Below the pieces are notes generated by a model, which saw nothing but the letters and a program-made list of their open reading frames with translations, ran no database searches and was not told where the DNA came from. Below, piece after piece: positions 1 through 9,416 of a stretch of DNA of 55,214 nucleotides. The stretch comes from a virus (Duplodnaviria; Caudoviricetes). The translations under genes and the position numbers were made by a program. The stretch is taken from IMG/VR virus record IMGVR_UViG_3300040960_000562, positions 1 through 55,214 of that record; one strand, written 5' to 3'. Every line of letters begins with the position of its first letter. Position 1 is the first letter of the stretch.

Positions 1-83
1 CCGTTCGCTTGCATTGGTTCAGCAGGCGCAGCGTTTTGTGTTACTACGTTTTCCATTTCCTGTAAGTTGCTATCAGCGGACAT
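1..83 (-). CDS. g22: Prohead core scaffold protein, N-terminal fragment (runs off the window)
   Basis: ATG at 83, open to the window edge (MSADSNLQEMENVVTQNAAPAEPMQAN); directly downstream of g21 and a perfect late promoter; LQE fits the protease-site pattern. Confidence 0.75.
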   Translation of the reverse strand, partial: MSADSNLQEMENVVTQNAAPAEPMQAN

Positions 84-116
84 TTTTCTTTGATTAACTT
101 TGGTATAATCTATATT

Positions 117-124
117 TATTTATA
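117..124 (-). promoter_or_regulatory. T4-type late promoter TATAAATA
   Basis: Plus-strand TATTTATA 33 bp upstream of the g22 start. Confidence 0.8.
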
Positions 125-126
125 AA

Positions 127-777
127 TCAGAGATTTGATAAGAAATCGTTAAAGAGTTGCAGCTTATGCTCCTCAAGCATTCTCTGATCTACAAGAGTAT
201 TAATTCTCTTTTGAGTTCTCTCTGCGAGTTGCTCACGAAGGATACCACCTTCCCAAACCCACTCTTTTCCTTCCATGATTCCATTAACAAAAGCATCAGG
301 AGCGGAAGGATCGGCAACGATATCAGCAGCAGTTGCTAACTGGAAATCTTCACCAACAATCTTATGACCCTCATTGGTCATGCGGAGTGAACCAACACCA
401 CGAGAAGAAACACCGAGTGAAACGCCAGACTCTAAAAGAGACTTGGCAATCTTACCCATTGGGGTCTCAAGAATCTGTGCCTTACCTTTAAAGTTGTTAC
501 CTTCTTGAGTCAAACAAGTAATCTTGTGTGAAACGCGGTCAAGGTTAACAGTAGGACCATCGGGGTGACCGAGCTCACCAAGAGCACGACCCTTAGCAAC
601 GAAGTTCTCGTTATAACGATTTACCTCACGGGCAAGGGTGTCAATAGGATACATTCTCCCATTGCGGTTCTTGATTTCTCCCTGAAGAAATACACCTTCG
701 ATGTATAACCTCTTATTAGGACCTTTTCCTTCGGTGATAATGTTAACGTTTGAAATTTCTTCTGTGATGAGTTTCAT
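127..777 (-). CDS. g21: Prohead protease
   Basis: 216 aa; NRNGRMYP, ALGELGHP, GVSSRGVGSL and DIVADPSAPDAFV motifs of T4 gp21. Confidence 0.97.
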   Translation of the reverse strand: MKLITEEISNVNIITEGKGPNKRLYIEGVFLQGEIKNRNGRMYPIDTLAREVNRYNENFVAKGRALGELGHPDGPTVNLDRVSHKITCLTQEGNNFKGKAQILETPMGKIAKSLLESGVSLGVSSRGVGSLRMTNEGHKIVGEDFQLATAADIVADPSAPDAFVNGIMEGKEWVWEGGILREQLAERTQKRINTLVDQRMLEEHKLQLFNDFLSNL

Positions 778-781
778 TTGT

Positions 782-1051
782 TTATGCGGTAAATCCTACT
801 TTTGCACCCTTAACAGTGTCAGCACTAGCAAATACACAATATGTTGGTTGCTTCTCAAGATACTCAACGGAATTTGGGGGCATGGTCATAGAACCAATTC
901 CAGTTCCACTTTGCGTCTCAACAACAGTAACCAGTGCAGCACTTGTAGAGTTATTAACAAGACGAACAACAGTAGCATTAGTAAAACTAGTTGCAGTTCC
1001 TGTTGTAATTGGCAGATTTATTTCATCCGCCAAGAGCAAAGTTCTTGCCAT
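782..1051 (-). CDS. Small hypothetical protein, probably virion-associated
   Basis: 89-aa ORF coupled to the upstream ORF; lies between g20 and g21. Confidence 0.75.
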   Translation of the reverse strand: MARTLLLADEINLPITTGTATSFTNATVVRLVNNSTSAALVTVVETQSGTGIGSMTMPPNSVEYLEKQPTYCVFASADTVKGAKVGFTA

Positions 1052-1233
1052 TATTCTTGATCCTCTTGTGGTTCTTGTTCAGTTTCATATTCACCACCAA
1101 ACATTGATCCTGCTACAATGGGTCTAGCAGCATCAATTCTTTCAGCAGCTTTTGCGAATAGAGCACCTTTGATAGCATCAGAAACATCCGATGCTTTTGC
1201 ATCTGTCGCAATCAAGTCGATAATATTATCCAT
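1051..1233 (-). CDS. Small acidic protein (positional equivalent of T4 prohead core gp67/gp68)
   Basis: 60-aa ORF behind its own late promoter; acidic C-terminus; function inferred from position only. Confidence 0.7.
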   Translation of the reverse strand: MDNIIDLIATDAKASDVSDAIKGALFAKAAERIDAARPIVAGSMFGGEYETEQEPQEDQE

Positions 1234-1259
1234 GAAAAGTTATAGTGTTATATATTCTA

Positions 1260-1267
1260 TATTTATA
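1260..1267 (-). promoter_or_regulatory. T4-type late promoter TATAAATA
   Basis: Perfect match overlapping the g20 stop. Confidence 0.8.
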
Positions 1268-2939
1268 TCTCTGCCTTTTTGGTGTCTTTTTGCATCTGAG
1301 CATCAGTTTCAGAAGCATCTACCTCTTCATCTGTAACTGGTGCTCCTAGATCACCACCTTCCTGTGGTAGTGGTTCTCCTGTAATAGGATCAACCATAGA
1401 TGGGTCAGGCAGAATACCCTTAGCGATCTCATCTTCAATTTGCATATCGATTTCGTTGATCTCAGCATCAGTCTGTCTGAGGATCTTCTTACGAACGTAT
1501 TCTGTTGAGAAATACTTACCAATATAAGGTTCGATAGTGGCAAGGTTTCCGAGTCTACCCTGAAGCATTTCTGACTCTTTCAGTTCGGCAAACTGGTTAT
1601 CATACAAGAAGTCATACTGAATATGGTCAGACATGATCTCCCAGTCTTCGGGAGTAACAATGTTCTTGAGGATAAGTTGAGTTCTCAGCATGTCATTAAA
1701 CATCTGAGCAAAACGCTTTCTCAAACGACCAACAAACTTAGCAAACTTAAGTTCGTCTCTCAGAATCTCAGAAGAACGACCAAGGTTAAAACCACCATCA
1801 GCAGCAATTCTTGACTCAGGAACTCCAAGTGCTCTATAGAGTTTCTTTTGGAAATACTCAATATCAGCAAGTTCGCCAAGGTTTTGTCCACCAGGAAGTG
1901 TGGTGATCTCTGTTCCTCTACCACCTTCACGGCGAGGTAACCAGAAGTCTTCCATCATAGACATGAACTTACGGTCATCACGGATTTCTCCAGTTGATGC
2001 GTCATAAGCAAGTTTATTTCTGTAGCGAGACATAACCTCTTTGAGGTATTGCTCTGCTTTTACCTTAGGAAGGTTACCAACGTCAATATAGAAAATACGA
2101 CGCTCAGGTGCTCTGGACAAACGATAGATAACCAGAGAGTCCTCAATCATTCTGAGTTGATTGAGTGCTTTGATTGCCTTGTGAAGATATGAAAGAACTG
2201 TTCCTTTGTTTCTATCTACAAGACCAGAACTACAATAAACAACAGAGTCCTTAGCAATCTTTATACTCTTTGATTTAGTATTACCTGCAGCACCAAATGA
2301 AGCACTTGGGTAGTTTGGTTTTGGTGTGTAAACAAAATACTCTTCAATTTGTGGTTCTAAAACTTGTTCGCCGTTATTTTTTCCACCTACTACGGCATTA
2401 GCAATAGCAAGACCACGCTTGTCTTCTTTCTTTTCTTGGCGGACAAACTTCATTTTCATTGGATCAATATATCTCAGGTCTTGGATACCTGCCTGAGGAT
2501 TCTTGATATCAATGACTTTTAGATAGTATACTCTTCCGTCAACATACCAGTTTCTAAAAATTTCATGGCACTTCTTATCGAAGTCCATTATTTCTTTAAG
2601 ATATTTAAACTCGTCTCTGATTACTTGCTTAAGTCTCTCACTAGCATTGAGGTTTGATAACTCAATTTCTACGGGAGAGTCATAAAGATCGCTAACGATA
2701 GCTTCATTTACAACATCTTCGATGGCACCATCACATTCAGGATGAAGTGCCATCTCACGATATCTTTTAATCAAATCATGCTCAGTTCTATAGACTCCCT
2801 CAATATCGAGGTAGTGACCATAAAAACCACTGCTAATATAGTTATCAACCCCGTCCTCATTGGTTTGAGGGACGGGGGAAATAACTGAGGGTGGTTTACT
2901 TTGGTCGCCGTCAATAGAGAAACCAAAAAGTCTTGCCAT
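1263..2939 (-). CDS. g20: Portal vertex protein
   Basis: 558 aa; YRLSRAPERRIFYIDVGNLP and EDFWLPRREGGRGTEITTLPGG motifs. Confidence 0.98.
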   Translation of the reverse strand: MARLFGFSIDGDQSKPPSVISPVPQTNEDGVDNYISSGFYGHYLDIEGVYRTEHDLIKRYREMALHPECDGAIEDVVNEAIVSDLYDSPVEIELSNLNASERLKQVIRDEFKYLKEIMDFDKKCHEIFRNWYVDGRVYYLKVIDIKNPQAGIQDLRYIDPMKMKFVRQEKKEDKRGLAIANAVVGGKNNGEQVLEPQIEEYFVYTPKPNYPSASFGAAGNTKSKSIKIAKDSVVYCSSGLVDRNKGTVLSYLHKAIKALNQLRMIEDSLVIYRLSRAPERRIFYIDVGNLPKVKAEQYLKEVMSRYRNKLAYDASTGEIRDDRKFMSMMEDFWLPRREGGRGTEITTLPGGQNLGELADIEYFQKKLYRALGVPESRIAADGGFNLGRSSEILRDELKFAKFVGRLRKRFAQMFNDMLRTQLILKNIVTPEDWEIMSDHIQYDFLYDNQFAELKESEMLQGRLGNLATIEPYIGKYFSTEYVRKKILRQTDAEINEIDMQIEDEIAKGILPDPSMVDPITGEPLPQEGGDLGAPVTDEEVDASETDAQMQKDTKKAEI

Positions 2940-2965
2940 CGTATAACTGTTTGCTTATTATTGAC

Positions 2966-2973
2966 TATTTAGT
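2966..2973 (-). promoter_or_regulatory. Late promoter variant ACTAAATA
   Basis: TAAATA core 26 bp upstream of the g20 start. Confidence 0.55.
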
Positions 2974-3568
2974 TAATGTCTTCACCGCCAGCATTAGCAG
3001 CATTACCTCTAACTGCTTCCCACCAGAGAACCTGAAGTTCGACAGTGAACTCTTGGATCTGACCAGTGCTATCGTATGATAGGTCAATAGGAGCAACTTG
3101 AGTTGGGAAAACATCATAGAAATGATACTTTCTCAGAGTTCCGCCGTTGCGATCAAGTTGGTAGATGTAAGCATCTGCCTGATAATCTGCTGGGTTGGTT
3201 AGACCAGTGTTATCAGATACTCTGTTTACAGTATTCATCCACTTTTCGAAAGCAGAACGAATAGCGAAGTCGGTATCGTTGATAACTGTGATAGTCCAGG
3301 TATCAAAGGTTCTGTCTCCAGCAACTTTGAGGATCCTTCCTCTGAAAGGAACCTCAATAGGAGCAACGTTTGACGCTGGAAGGTTTGCTGCCTTAACAAG
3401 GAAACGTGCCTTGTTAAGGATATCGTTTAAACCCTCAACTTCTACTGAACCTGGGAATGAAAGCTCAACCTCAAAGAGGTTTGAGCGAGCACCGCCACCA
3501 GTTAGCTTACTCTTAAAATCAGTAATCTTTCTTAGTGGGGGTGGATTGAGTTGATTTCTGGTTGCCAT
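2969..3568 (-). CDS. g19: Tail tube protein
   Basis: 199 aa; GGARSNLF, VPFRGR.LKVAGDRTFDTWTITV motifs; follows g18. Confidence 0.96.
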   Translation of the reverse strand: MATRNQLNPPPLRKITDFKSKLTGGGARSNLFEVELSFPGSVEVEGLNDILNKARFLVKAANLPASNVAPIEVPFRGRILKVAGDRTFDTWTITVINDTDFAIRSAFEKWMNTVNRVSDNTGLTNPADYQADAYIYQLDRNGGTLRKYHFYDVFPTQVAPIDLSYDSTGQIQEFTVELQVLWWEAVRGNAANAGGEDIN

Positions 3569-3605
3569 TTTTGTGTGCCTCTAAGGTTGATTAATAAAGT
3601 AAATA

Positions 3606-5792
3606 TCAGATGTTACCGATGACTTCCGAGAAGGAAACCCCAGTTCTGGTAGCAACGAAGGTCAGACCAATGAAGTTGATCGATCTGTTTGGTTTGATAT
3701 AGATGTCAGCGACAAACTCATTGTTGTCGATAACAGCAGCAGTGTTATTTGTTTCATCACAAATAACAACGTAGTCAAAGATGCCTCTCTTGGCTTGGAC
3801 ATCGCGGAGGAATGGTTCGACGATGTTGACAAAGTTGGTTCTCGTGATCTCGTCGTTGAATTCGAAGAGTTGGTCTCTAGCGGCAGCAGCGATTGCTTGC
3901 TCCAGGTAGATGAACAGGCGACGAACGTTGATTCTATCGAAGGCAGAAGACTTGGCGAAACCAGTCTTATCACCGAACAGAACGATGCCATCACCAGGCG
4001 AGAAGATAACAGGGTTGATTCTATTGGAATACAACTTATCTCTCTGAACCTTGCTTGGGTTGTAGGTCAACTTAACTGCGTTCAGGATAGCACCTCTAGC
4101 AGTTCCAGCAGGTGAGAACCATGGGAAGTTGTTGAGGTCGTTTCTAGCACACAGACCAGCAATATCACCATTTAGTGGGATATAGCGGAAGGAGTCAGAG
4201 AATCTATCGTAGGTGTACTTATAACCACTATCAAATACAGCGTAAGACGATGAAGTGATAGGAGCATAGAAACTCAGAACGTTATCAGTGATATCGGAGT
4301 CTGAGTTAACGGTTACAGAACCAACAGCACTATCGTTAAGGAACGCTAGTCTGTATGGTGAGATGAATGCGATAGCATCTTGTCTCGTTTCTGCTACAGA
4401 GATGAGTTTGTTAGCAAGTGCTTGGGCAGTTTCCTTGCCATAGTTTGCCGAACCCATCAGCAGGAAGTCAACATCGTAGTTATCGGTATTCTCGAAGAGA
4501 GCGTAACCAGAGGATAGTTTTGCTAGGGTTGAGGTCAGAGCACCTGAAGAGGTGAGGTCTGTACCATCATCATAGTTCTTACCACCACCGAGAGTGTAGG
4601 TGTTAGAACCAGAAGCAGCGAAGTTAACTCCATCGGCATCTTGGTCCCAACCTACATCGCTAGCGAGGGTGAATCCGCTACTGTATGCAGTGGTAACAAT
4701 ACCAGCAGGAGCAGCACCACCAAATACGTTAGTGGAGACGTTATAGAGATACTTTCTCCAGTATGCGGTAGAACCTACAGAGTACTCAGCATCCTTTGCC
4801 TTAGAAAGAGCAAGGTGCTTCTCAAGAATGGTTCCAGCGTTTCCGCTTACAGTTCCTTTGTCGTCGATAACAACAACATGGAGTTCGTCGAATCTTGAGT
4901 TTCTAGCAGCAGCGTAGGAAGAAGTGCCAGGTCTATCAACCAGGGTGTTCCAAGCAATGGTTGTTCCAGTAGACAGAGAAATGCTCTGCTGATCGAACCA
5001 GTCTTGTCTTGAGGTATATGCTGTCTGACCTACTGCCGTTGTCTGACCAGTGGTGTGGATAGCAACCGAACCAGATGCTGAGAAAGCATAAACACCAGCA
5101 GGTTGGTAGTCAACTGAAGTCTCTGTTCCAGCAGCGGATACGTGAGACAGAACTTTAACCTGAAGTGAATATGGTGAGGAAGAAGTTCCAGAACCACTGA
5201 TGCCAGTGATGATACCTTTCAGGTGACCATCCAGAGTGCTGGTAGAACCAGAACCAGGAAGTGTTGATGAAATTGCCTGAGTGATACCATAACCAACTGC
5301 GATAGTTGGAACTGTTCCGCTTGTCTGAACACCAGCAATGATTTGGTCTGCCTTGGCGTCGATAGTCGCAACTCTAACACCATTCGCCCAAGAACCTGGG
5401 TTTCTAGCAGCAAAAGTAACGCCGCTAATAGTGTTTTCCTGATAACCGAGTTGTCCGTAGTGCTCAGTACTCTTGATCTTGATGCTTGATGCTGAACCGA
5501 CGAAAGCATTGGTAAGAGCATTATCGTCTGCTCTTACTACTTGAAGATCGCCACCATACGCCAGGTATGATGAAGCAACCATCCAGTGCTCATAATGCTT
5601 ATCGGTATTGTATGGCTCACCGAAATTCTTCAGTAGGTCGGCTTCATCACCAACAAGAACAGGTACATCGACTGGTCCCTTTGCGAATGGGGCAACCAAG
5701 GCACCAACAGCACCACTGGTAGCATCGACTCTACCAACAGTGAGGTCAACCTCTCTTACTACAATTCCAGGAGATGCTAAATTTAGCGGCAT
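3606..5792 (-). CDS. g18: Tail sheath protein
   Basis: 728 aa; SPGIVVREVDLT N-terminus, PWFSPAG and FDRINVRRLF motifs. Confidence 0.97.
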   Translation of the reverse strand: MPLNLASPGIVVREVDLTVGRVDATSGAVGALVAPFAKGPVDVPVLVGDEADLLKNFGEPYNTDKHYEHWMVASSYLAYGGDLQVVRADDNALTNAFVGSASSIKIKSTEHYGQLGYQENTISGVTFAARNPGSWANGVRVATIDAKADQIIAGVQTSGTVPTIAVGYGITQAISSTLPGSGSTSTLDGHLKGIITGISGSGTSSSPYSLQVKVLSHVSAAGTETSVDYQPAGVYAFSASGSVAIHTTGQTTAVGQTAYTSRQDWFDQQSISLSTGTTIAWNTLVDRPGTSSYAAARNSRFDELHVVVIDDKGTVSGNAGTILEKHLALSKAKDAEYSVGSTAYWRKYLYNVSTNVFGGAAPAGIVTTAYSSGFTLASDVGWDQDADGVNFAASGSNTYTLGGGKNYDDGTDLTSSGALTSTLAKLSSGYALFENTDNYDVDFLLMGSANYGKETAQALANKLISVAETRQDAIAFISPYRLAFLNDSAVGSVTVNSDSDITDNVLSFYAPITSSSYAVFDSGYKYTYDRFSDSFRYIPLNGDIAGLCARNDLNNFPWFSPAGTARGAILNAVKLTYNPSKVQRDKLYSNRINPVIFSPGDGIVLFGDKTGFAKSSAFDRINVRRLFIYLEQAIAAAARDQLFEFNDEITRTNFVNIVEPFLRDVQAKRGIFDYVVICDETNNTAAVIDNNEFVADIYIKPNRSINFIGLTFVATRTGVSFSEVIGNI

Positions 5793-5827
5793 CTTCTATT
5801 CTCCTTAGTCCAGAATTATTCTGAAAT

Positions 5828-5835
5828 TATTTATT
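5828..5835 (-). promoter_or_regulatory. Late promoter variant AATAAATA
   Basis: Upstream of g18, which also has an AGGAG Shine-Dalgarno. Confidence 0.65.
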
Positions 5836-5874
5836 AAAAAATGTAGTTTGGATGGGGAAACCGTGCGTGAACCA

Positions 5875-6105
5875 CTACCAGTCAGGATATTCCCACATTT
5901 CTGAGGACTTTGACTTCTTCTTATTTGACAGAATTCTCTTTTTAGTACACTCTTTACACTCATAAGAATAGGCAGAAGGTAAAGCACCCCTGCCTTTTCT
6001 AGTTAGATAAAAGTCATCTATTAAGTTTTTAATTTCACCACAAACTCTACATCTTCTATCAAATAAGAGTATGTGTTCTAAGTTTATCTGATCTTCTAAG
6101 TCCAT
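5875..6105 (-). CDS. Small zinc-finger protein (CxxC...CxxC)
   Basis: CRVC and CKEC pairs; ATG at 6105 overlaps the g17 stop (TAATG). Confidence 0.75.
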   Translation of the reverse strand: MDLEDQINLEHILLFDRRCRVCGEIKNLIDDFYLTRKGRGALPSAYSYECKECTKKRILSNKKKSKSSEMWEYPDW

Positions 6106-7748
6106 TAGTAATAGTCCCACATATAAGACCTATCACCATATTCATCAGTATGCCATCTATCTCCAGACTCATCAACGAATGTACTTTCATCAAGACCATC
6201 TAAGATAAAACCAAATGGTGCCATGTCTTGTTCTATCTGGTTTCTTTGTTCTTCATAAATTCTCTTACGGATATCATTATCCGTCATCTCTTTAAAATAC
6301 TCTTGAGCAACTAACCAAGCAAAGATAACTAGACACATTGCTAGGTCATCATTACATCCTTCTTCTGCCTCAAAAGAATTATGACGCTGGGCAAAAGTCG
6401 TAAGTTCTGATATAATGTCATAGTCAACAGTCAGTAACTTATCGTCTTCTAAGAAAGTCTTTAAGTTAGAACACCCCAACTTCTTTACCGCAGCAGTCAT
6501 CCTCACACCCATCTGTGACTTCTTGCCAGAGAAACCGTGTCCAACCACTTGCCCAGCACGACCCCTCATTGCTGCCATCAGCATATTTTCATATTCCAAG
6601 TCATAGTGTAAGATATTAGCAACTTGCTCACCAATATCATTAACTTCAATTAGCAACCAAGCGTTATTATATCCCTTAGCAGTCTCGTGAATAATATTTG
6701 GGAATAGCATAGGTTTAATTTCATTATTCCTATACTTTGCTACTACCTTGTATGGAAACTGAGTAATATCAAAAACAATGAATGCAGAATAGTCGTTACC
6801 TAAACCACGGGCAACGTCAACTGTTATCAAATAGTTATGTTCTTCTCTACACTTTTCATAAATGTCTAAACCGGCATTTCTTTGTATTGGATTTTCGTAT
6901 ACAAGATTCCTAAGTTTTGCTGGGTTAATGAGAGTGTTTACCGAACCTAAGAACTCACACTCAAACTCAACCTTAAACTGTTGCTCCGAAGTGTTGGCAA
7001 TGGTCTGTTCCTTCCATGCCTCATCACGACCAGGAACTTCGGACCAATGAACATCAGTTGGAGTATATTCATTCTTACCTCTCTCCGCATCATGCCACAT
7101 GCGGTAGAAGTGGTTCATACCACGAGGGGTAGAAACGATAATTACCTTTGTGCTCTGTCCAGAAGAAATAGTAGGATAAACAGAGGCAAAGAAGTCATCA
7201 GCAATGTGATTCGGGATGAACGCGAACTCGTCAAGAAAGATGACATTATAGGATCCGCCTCGGACAGCAGATGAAGAAGTAGAGTTAGACGAAATCTTGG
7301 AGCCATTTTCGAGTTCTAAACTACCTTTGTTCCATGATATAATACCCTGTTGCATCCACTTTGGCAAGTTTTCGTATGCAAGTTGTAACCTACCTAGAAG
7401 ATCTCTTGCCGTTGACGCCTTGTTTGCTAGGATGGCGATGTTAACATTATCGTTAAAAACAGCGTAGTGCAGAAGATATGATACACAAGTAGTAGACTTA
7501 CCAGTCTGACGTGGCATCTTACAAATATTAAATCTGTTATCATGGAAATTCTGGATAAGTTTTTCCTGAAACGGATACATGCTGAAAGGTACTAGACCAT
7601 GGTCAAGAGACACAATCTTGATATAGTTTCTGGCAAAATATACGGGGTCTTCTTTACACTTCAAGAATTCAAGGATTTGCTCCTCTGTAAACTCAATTTG
7701 TGTATTTGCCTTCTTAAGGTTTGGGTTACCTAAGTAAACTTCACTCAT
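6105..7748 (-). CDS. g17: Terminase large subunit
   Basis: 547 aa; Walker A PRQTGKS, Walker B IFLDEFAF, nuclease motifs VDVARG and NDDLAM. Confidence 0.98.
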   Translation of the reverse strand: MSEVYLGNPNLKKANTQIEFTEEQILEFLKCKEDPVYFARNYIKIVSLDHGLVPFSMYPFQEKLIQNFHDNRFNICKMPRQTGKSTTCVSYLLHYAVFNDNVNIAILANKASTARDLLGRLQLAYENLPKWMQQGIISWNKGSLELENGSKISSNSTSSSAVRGGSYNVIFLDEFAFIPNHIADDFFASVYPTISSGQSTKVIIVSTPRGMNHFYRMWHDAERGKNEYTPTDVHWSEVPGRDEAWKEQTIANTSEQQFKVEFECEFLGSVNTLINPAKLRNLVYENPIQRNAGLDIYEKCREEHNYLITVDVARGLGNDYSAFIVFDITQFPYKVVAKYRNNEIKPMLFPNIIHETAKGYNNAWLLIEVNDIGEQVANILHYDLEYENMLMAAMRGRAGQVVGHGFSGKKSQMGVRMTAAVKKLGCSNLKTFLEDDKLLTVDYDIISELTTFAQRHNSFEAEEGCNDDLAMCLVIFAWLVAQEYFKEMTDNDIRKRIYEEQRNQIEQDMAPFGFILDGLDESTFVDESGDRWHTDEYGDRSYMWDYY

Positions 7749-7768
7749 AATAAATCTCCAATTAATAA

Positions 7769-9085
7769 TTACCTACTAATTTCTTCCCAGTCCATTGAAG
7801 CATAAACTTCTTCACTACTTGATATTGGAGATGCTGCGACAACAAGTGTTAGTTCACGAGGAGTTCCAGTTAATCTATTTCTTTCTAACTGGAACTTGAA
7901 TAGTGCTTCCTTAAGAATATCAATTGATGGAGAACCTTGATTTGCTGAATTAAAAAATCCAGATGCTAATATTCTACCTCCAGTTATGCCAGTTCCGTCC
8001 AGTTTGTACTCAACTGCACTATCATTACCAGCACTTGCCCAGGTTCCTCCAGTAGTAGTTCCTGATGCTCTCACCTGCCAATTGTAATTAATTCCATTAT
8101 TAACACCCATCAAAGAAAGAGCAGTCATGATTACAATAGCATCTAAACGATCTGGAGATGATTTTAATCTTATACTAACTACTGGATAAAAAGTTCCAGC
8201 AACGGACATACTATATGGTGATGTAATTGGTGTTCCTACAGCTTGCTGTAATCCACGCAACTCATAACCACCTTCGGAAATTACAGTAGAACAAACTTGT
8301 TTGAGAGTGCTGCTACTTGTGGTAATACCTGTATTGGTAATCTCATATCTTAGAGGAAGTGATGCTGTTGTAATATAAGTTGATTCAATTAAGTTTGCGT
8401 GGTGGAATGAATGGCAATGAATCATTACTCCATTAATTACAAATCCCATTCTGACTGTACCAAGTCCTAACCACTCAATATCCATCCAAAGAATTTGTGC
8501 TTTGGTTTTATCTAAAGTAATTCCAGAAACTCCAGTACCATCTAACTTATCAACATTCCAATTTTCTTGTGCTACTCTTGTTTCAGTACCAGTAGATAAA
8601 CTTCTCTCAACAAAATATGCTGTTGTTCCATCAATCTCAAAATACATTCCATTATCAGCACCAAAATATCCTATTCTCTGTCTTAGATTTTCTTTTGGTG
8701 GCTCTGGGACAAATGTATTTAAAGTAAGTAAGGATTTGCCTGGTTGGTATGAAAATACTTTTGTAGTCTCTCTAATTACTGAATCACCACTTTCAGTTCC
8801 AATTCCGATATTGATTAAACCTTGAGAAGTTACAATTCCAACTGTAGAACCAGTTCCTACAATCAAATTATCCCAAAGATTATTGTCTTTATATCTGTGA
8901 GAACTATCAAATAGAGTAAGAGGTTGAGATATTCTCATCCTCCCAAAAGCATCTCCTCCTACAGCTCCAGTACCAGCAACACCACAGTTTCCAATGTTGC
9001 CATATCTGTCGGCACACATGAAAACTTCATGGAGAGTTCTCTCCTGGTTTAGATAATCTTGTGTTTGTTTATTCCACTGAGCCAT
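7769..9085 (-). CDS. Hypothetical protein, probably virion structural (beta-rich)
   Basis: 438-aa G/T/S-rich ORF in the late operon; DAFGR.RISQP.TLFDS N-terminal motif. Confidence 0.7.
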   Translation of the reverse strand: MAQWNKQTQDYLNQERTLHEVFMCADRYGNIGNCGVAGTGAVGGDAFGRMRISQPLTLFDSSHRYKDNNLWDNLIVGTGSTVGIVTSQGLINIGIGTESGDSVIRETTKVFSYQPGKSLLTLNTFVPEPPKENLRQRIGYFGADNGMYFEIDGTTAYFVERSLSTGTETRVAQENWNVDKLDGTGVSGITLDKTKAQILWMDIEWLGLGTVRMGFVINGVMIHCHSFHHANLIESTYITTASLPLRYEITNTGITTSSSTLKQVCSTVISEGGYELRGLQQAVGTPITSPYSMSVAGTFYPVVSIRLKSSPDRLDAIVIMTALSLMGVNNGINYNWQVRASGTTTGGTWASAGNDSAVEYKLDGTGITGGRILASGFFNSANQGSPSIDILKEALFKFQLERNRLTGTPRELTLVVAASPISSSEEVYASMDWEEISR

Positions 9086-9089
9086 AATT

Positions 9090-9416
9090 TCATTCCTGTG
9101 TCCAAGTTAGTTTTTCTGGTTGGTATCTTTTTAGACCTGTGACTTGATAAGTTCTGTTTGAGGTATATCCTGCAGGATAGATATTGTGAACCATGGCACC
9201 TGGATATTCCTCCTGAATATCTTGTGTCAGAGTATTCTTAGATGGAAGATTTCTTGACTCTGCAGAAAAATCCATTCTATAAAGTTTTCCCTCCCAGATA
9301 ATATCAGCACAGAACTTTTCTTTAACCGATTCCGATTGAATAGGAACCGCACCAAAGTTTAGGGTGCCATTAAAGTCACCTGAAATATTAATGTTTTCGT
9401 TTAAATTGTTGTCCAT
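9090..9416 (-). CDS. Hypothetical protein
   Basis: ATG overlaps the stop of the 608-aa gene (TAATG). Confidence 0.7.
   Translation of the reverse strand: MDNNLNENINISGDFNGTLNFGAVPIQSESVKEKFCADIIWEGKLYRMDFSAESRNLPSKNTLTQDIQEEYPGAMVHNIYPAGYTSNRTYQVTGLKRYQPEKLTWTQE

Noticed and set aside
6105-7748. Possible intein or intron in terminase or portal genes
   Set aside because: Lengths are normal and no splicing motifs or interruptions are visible.
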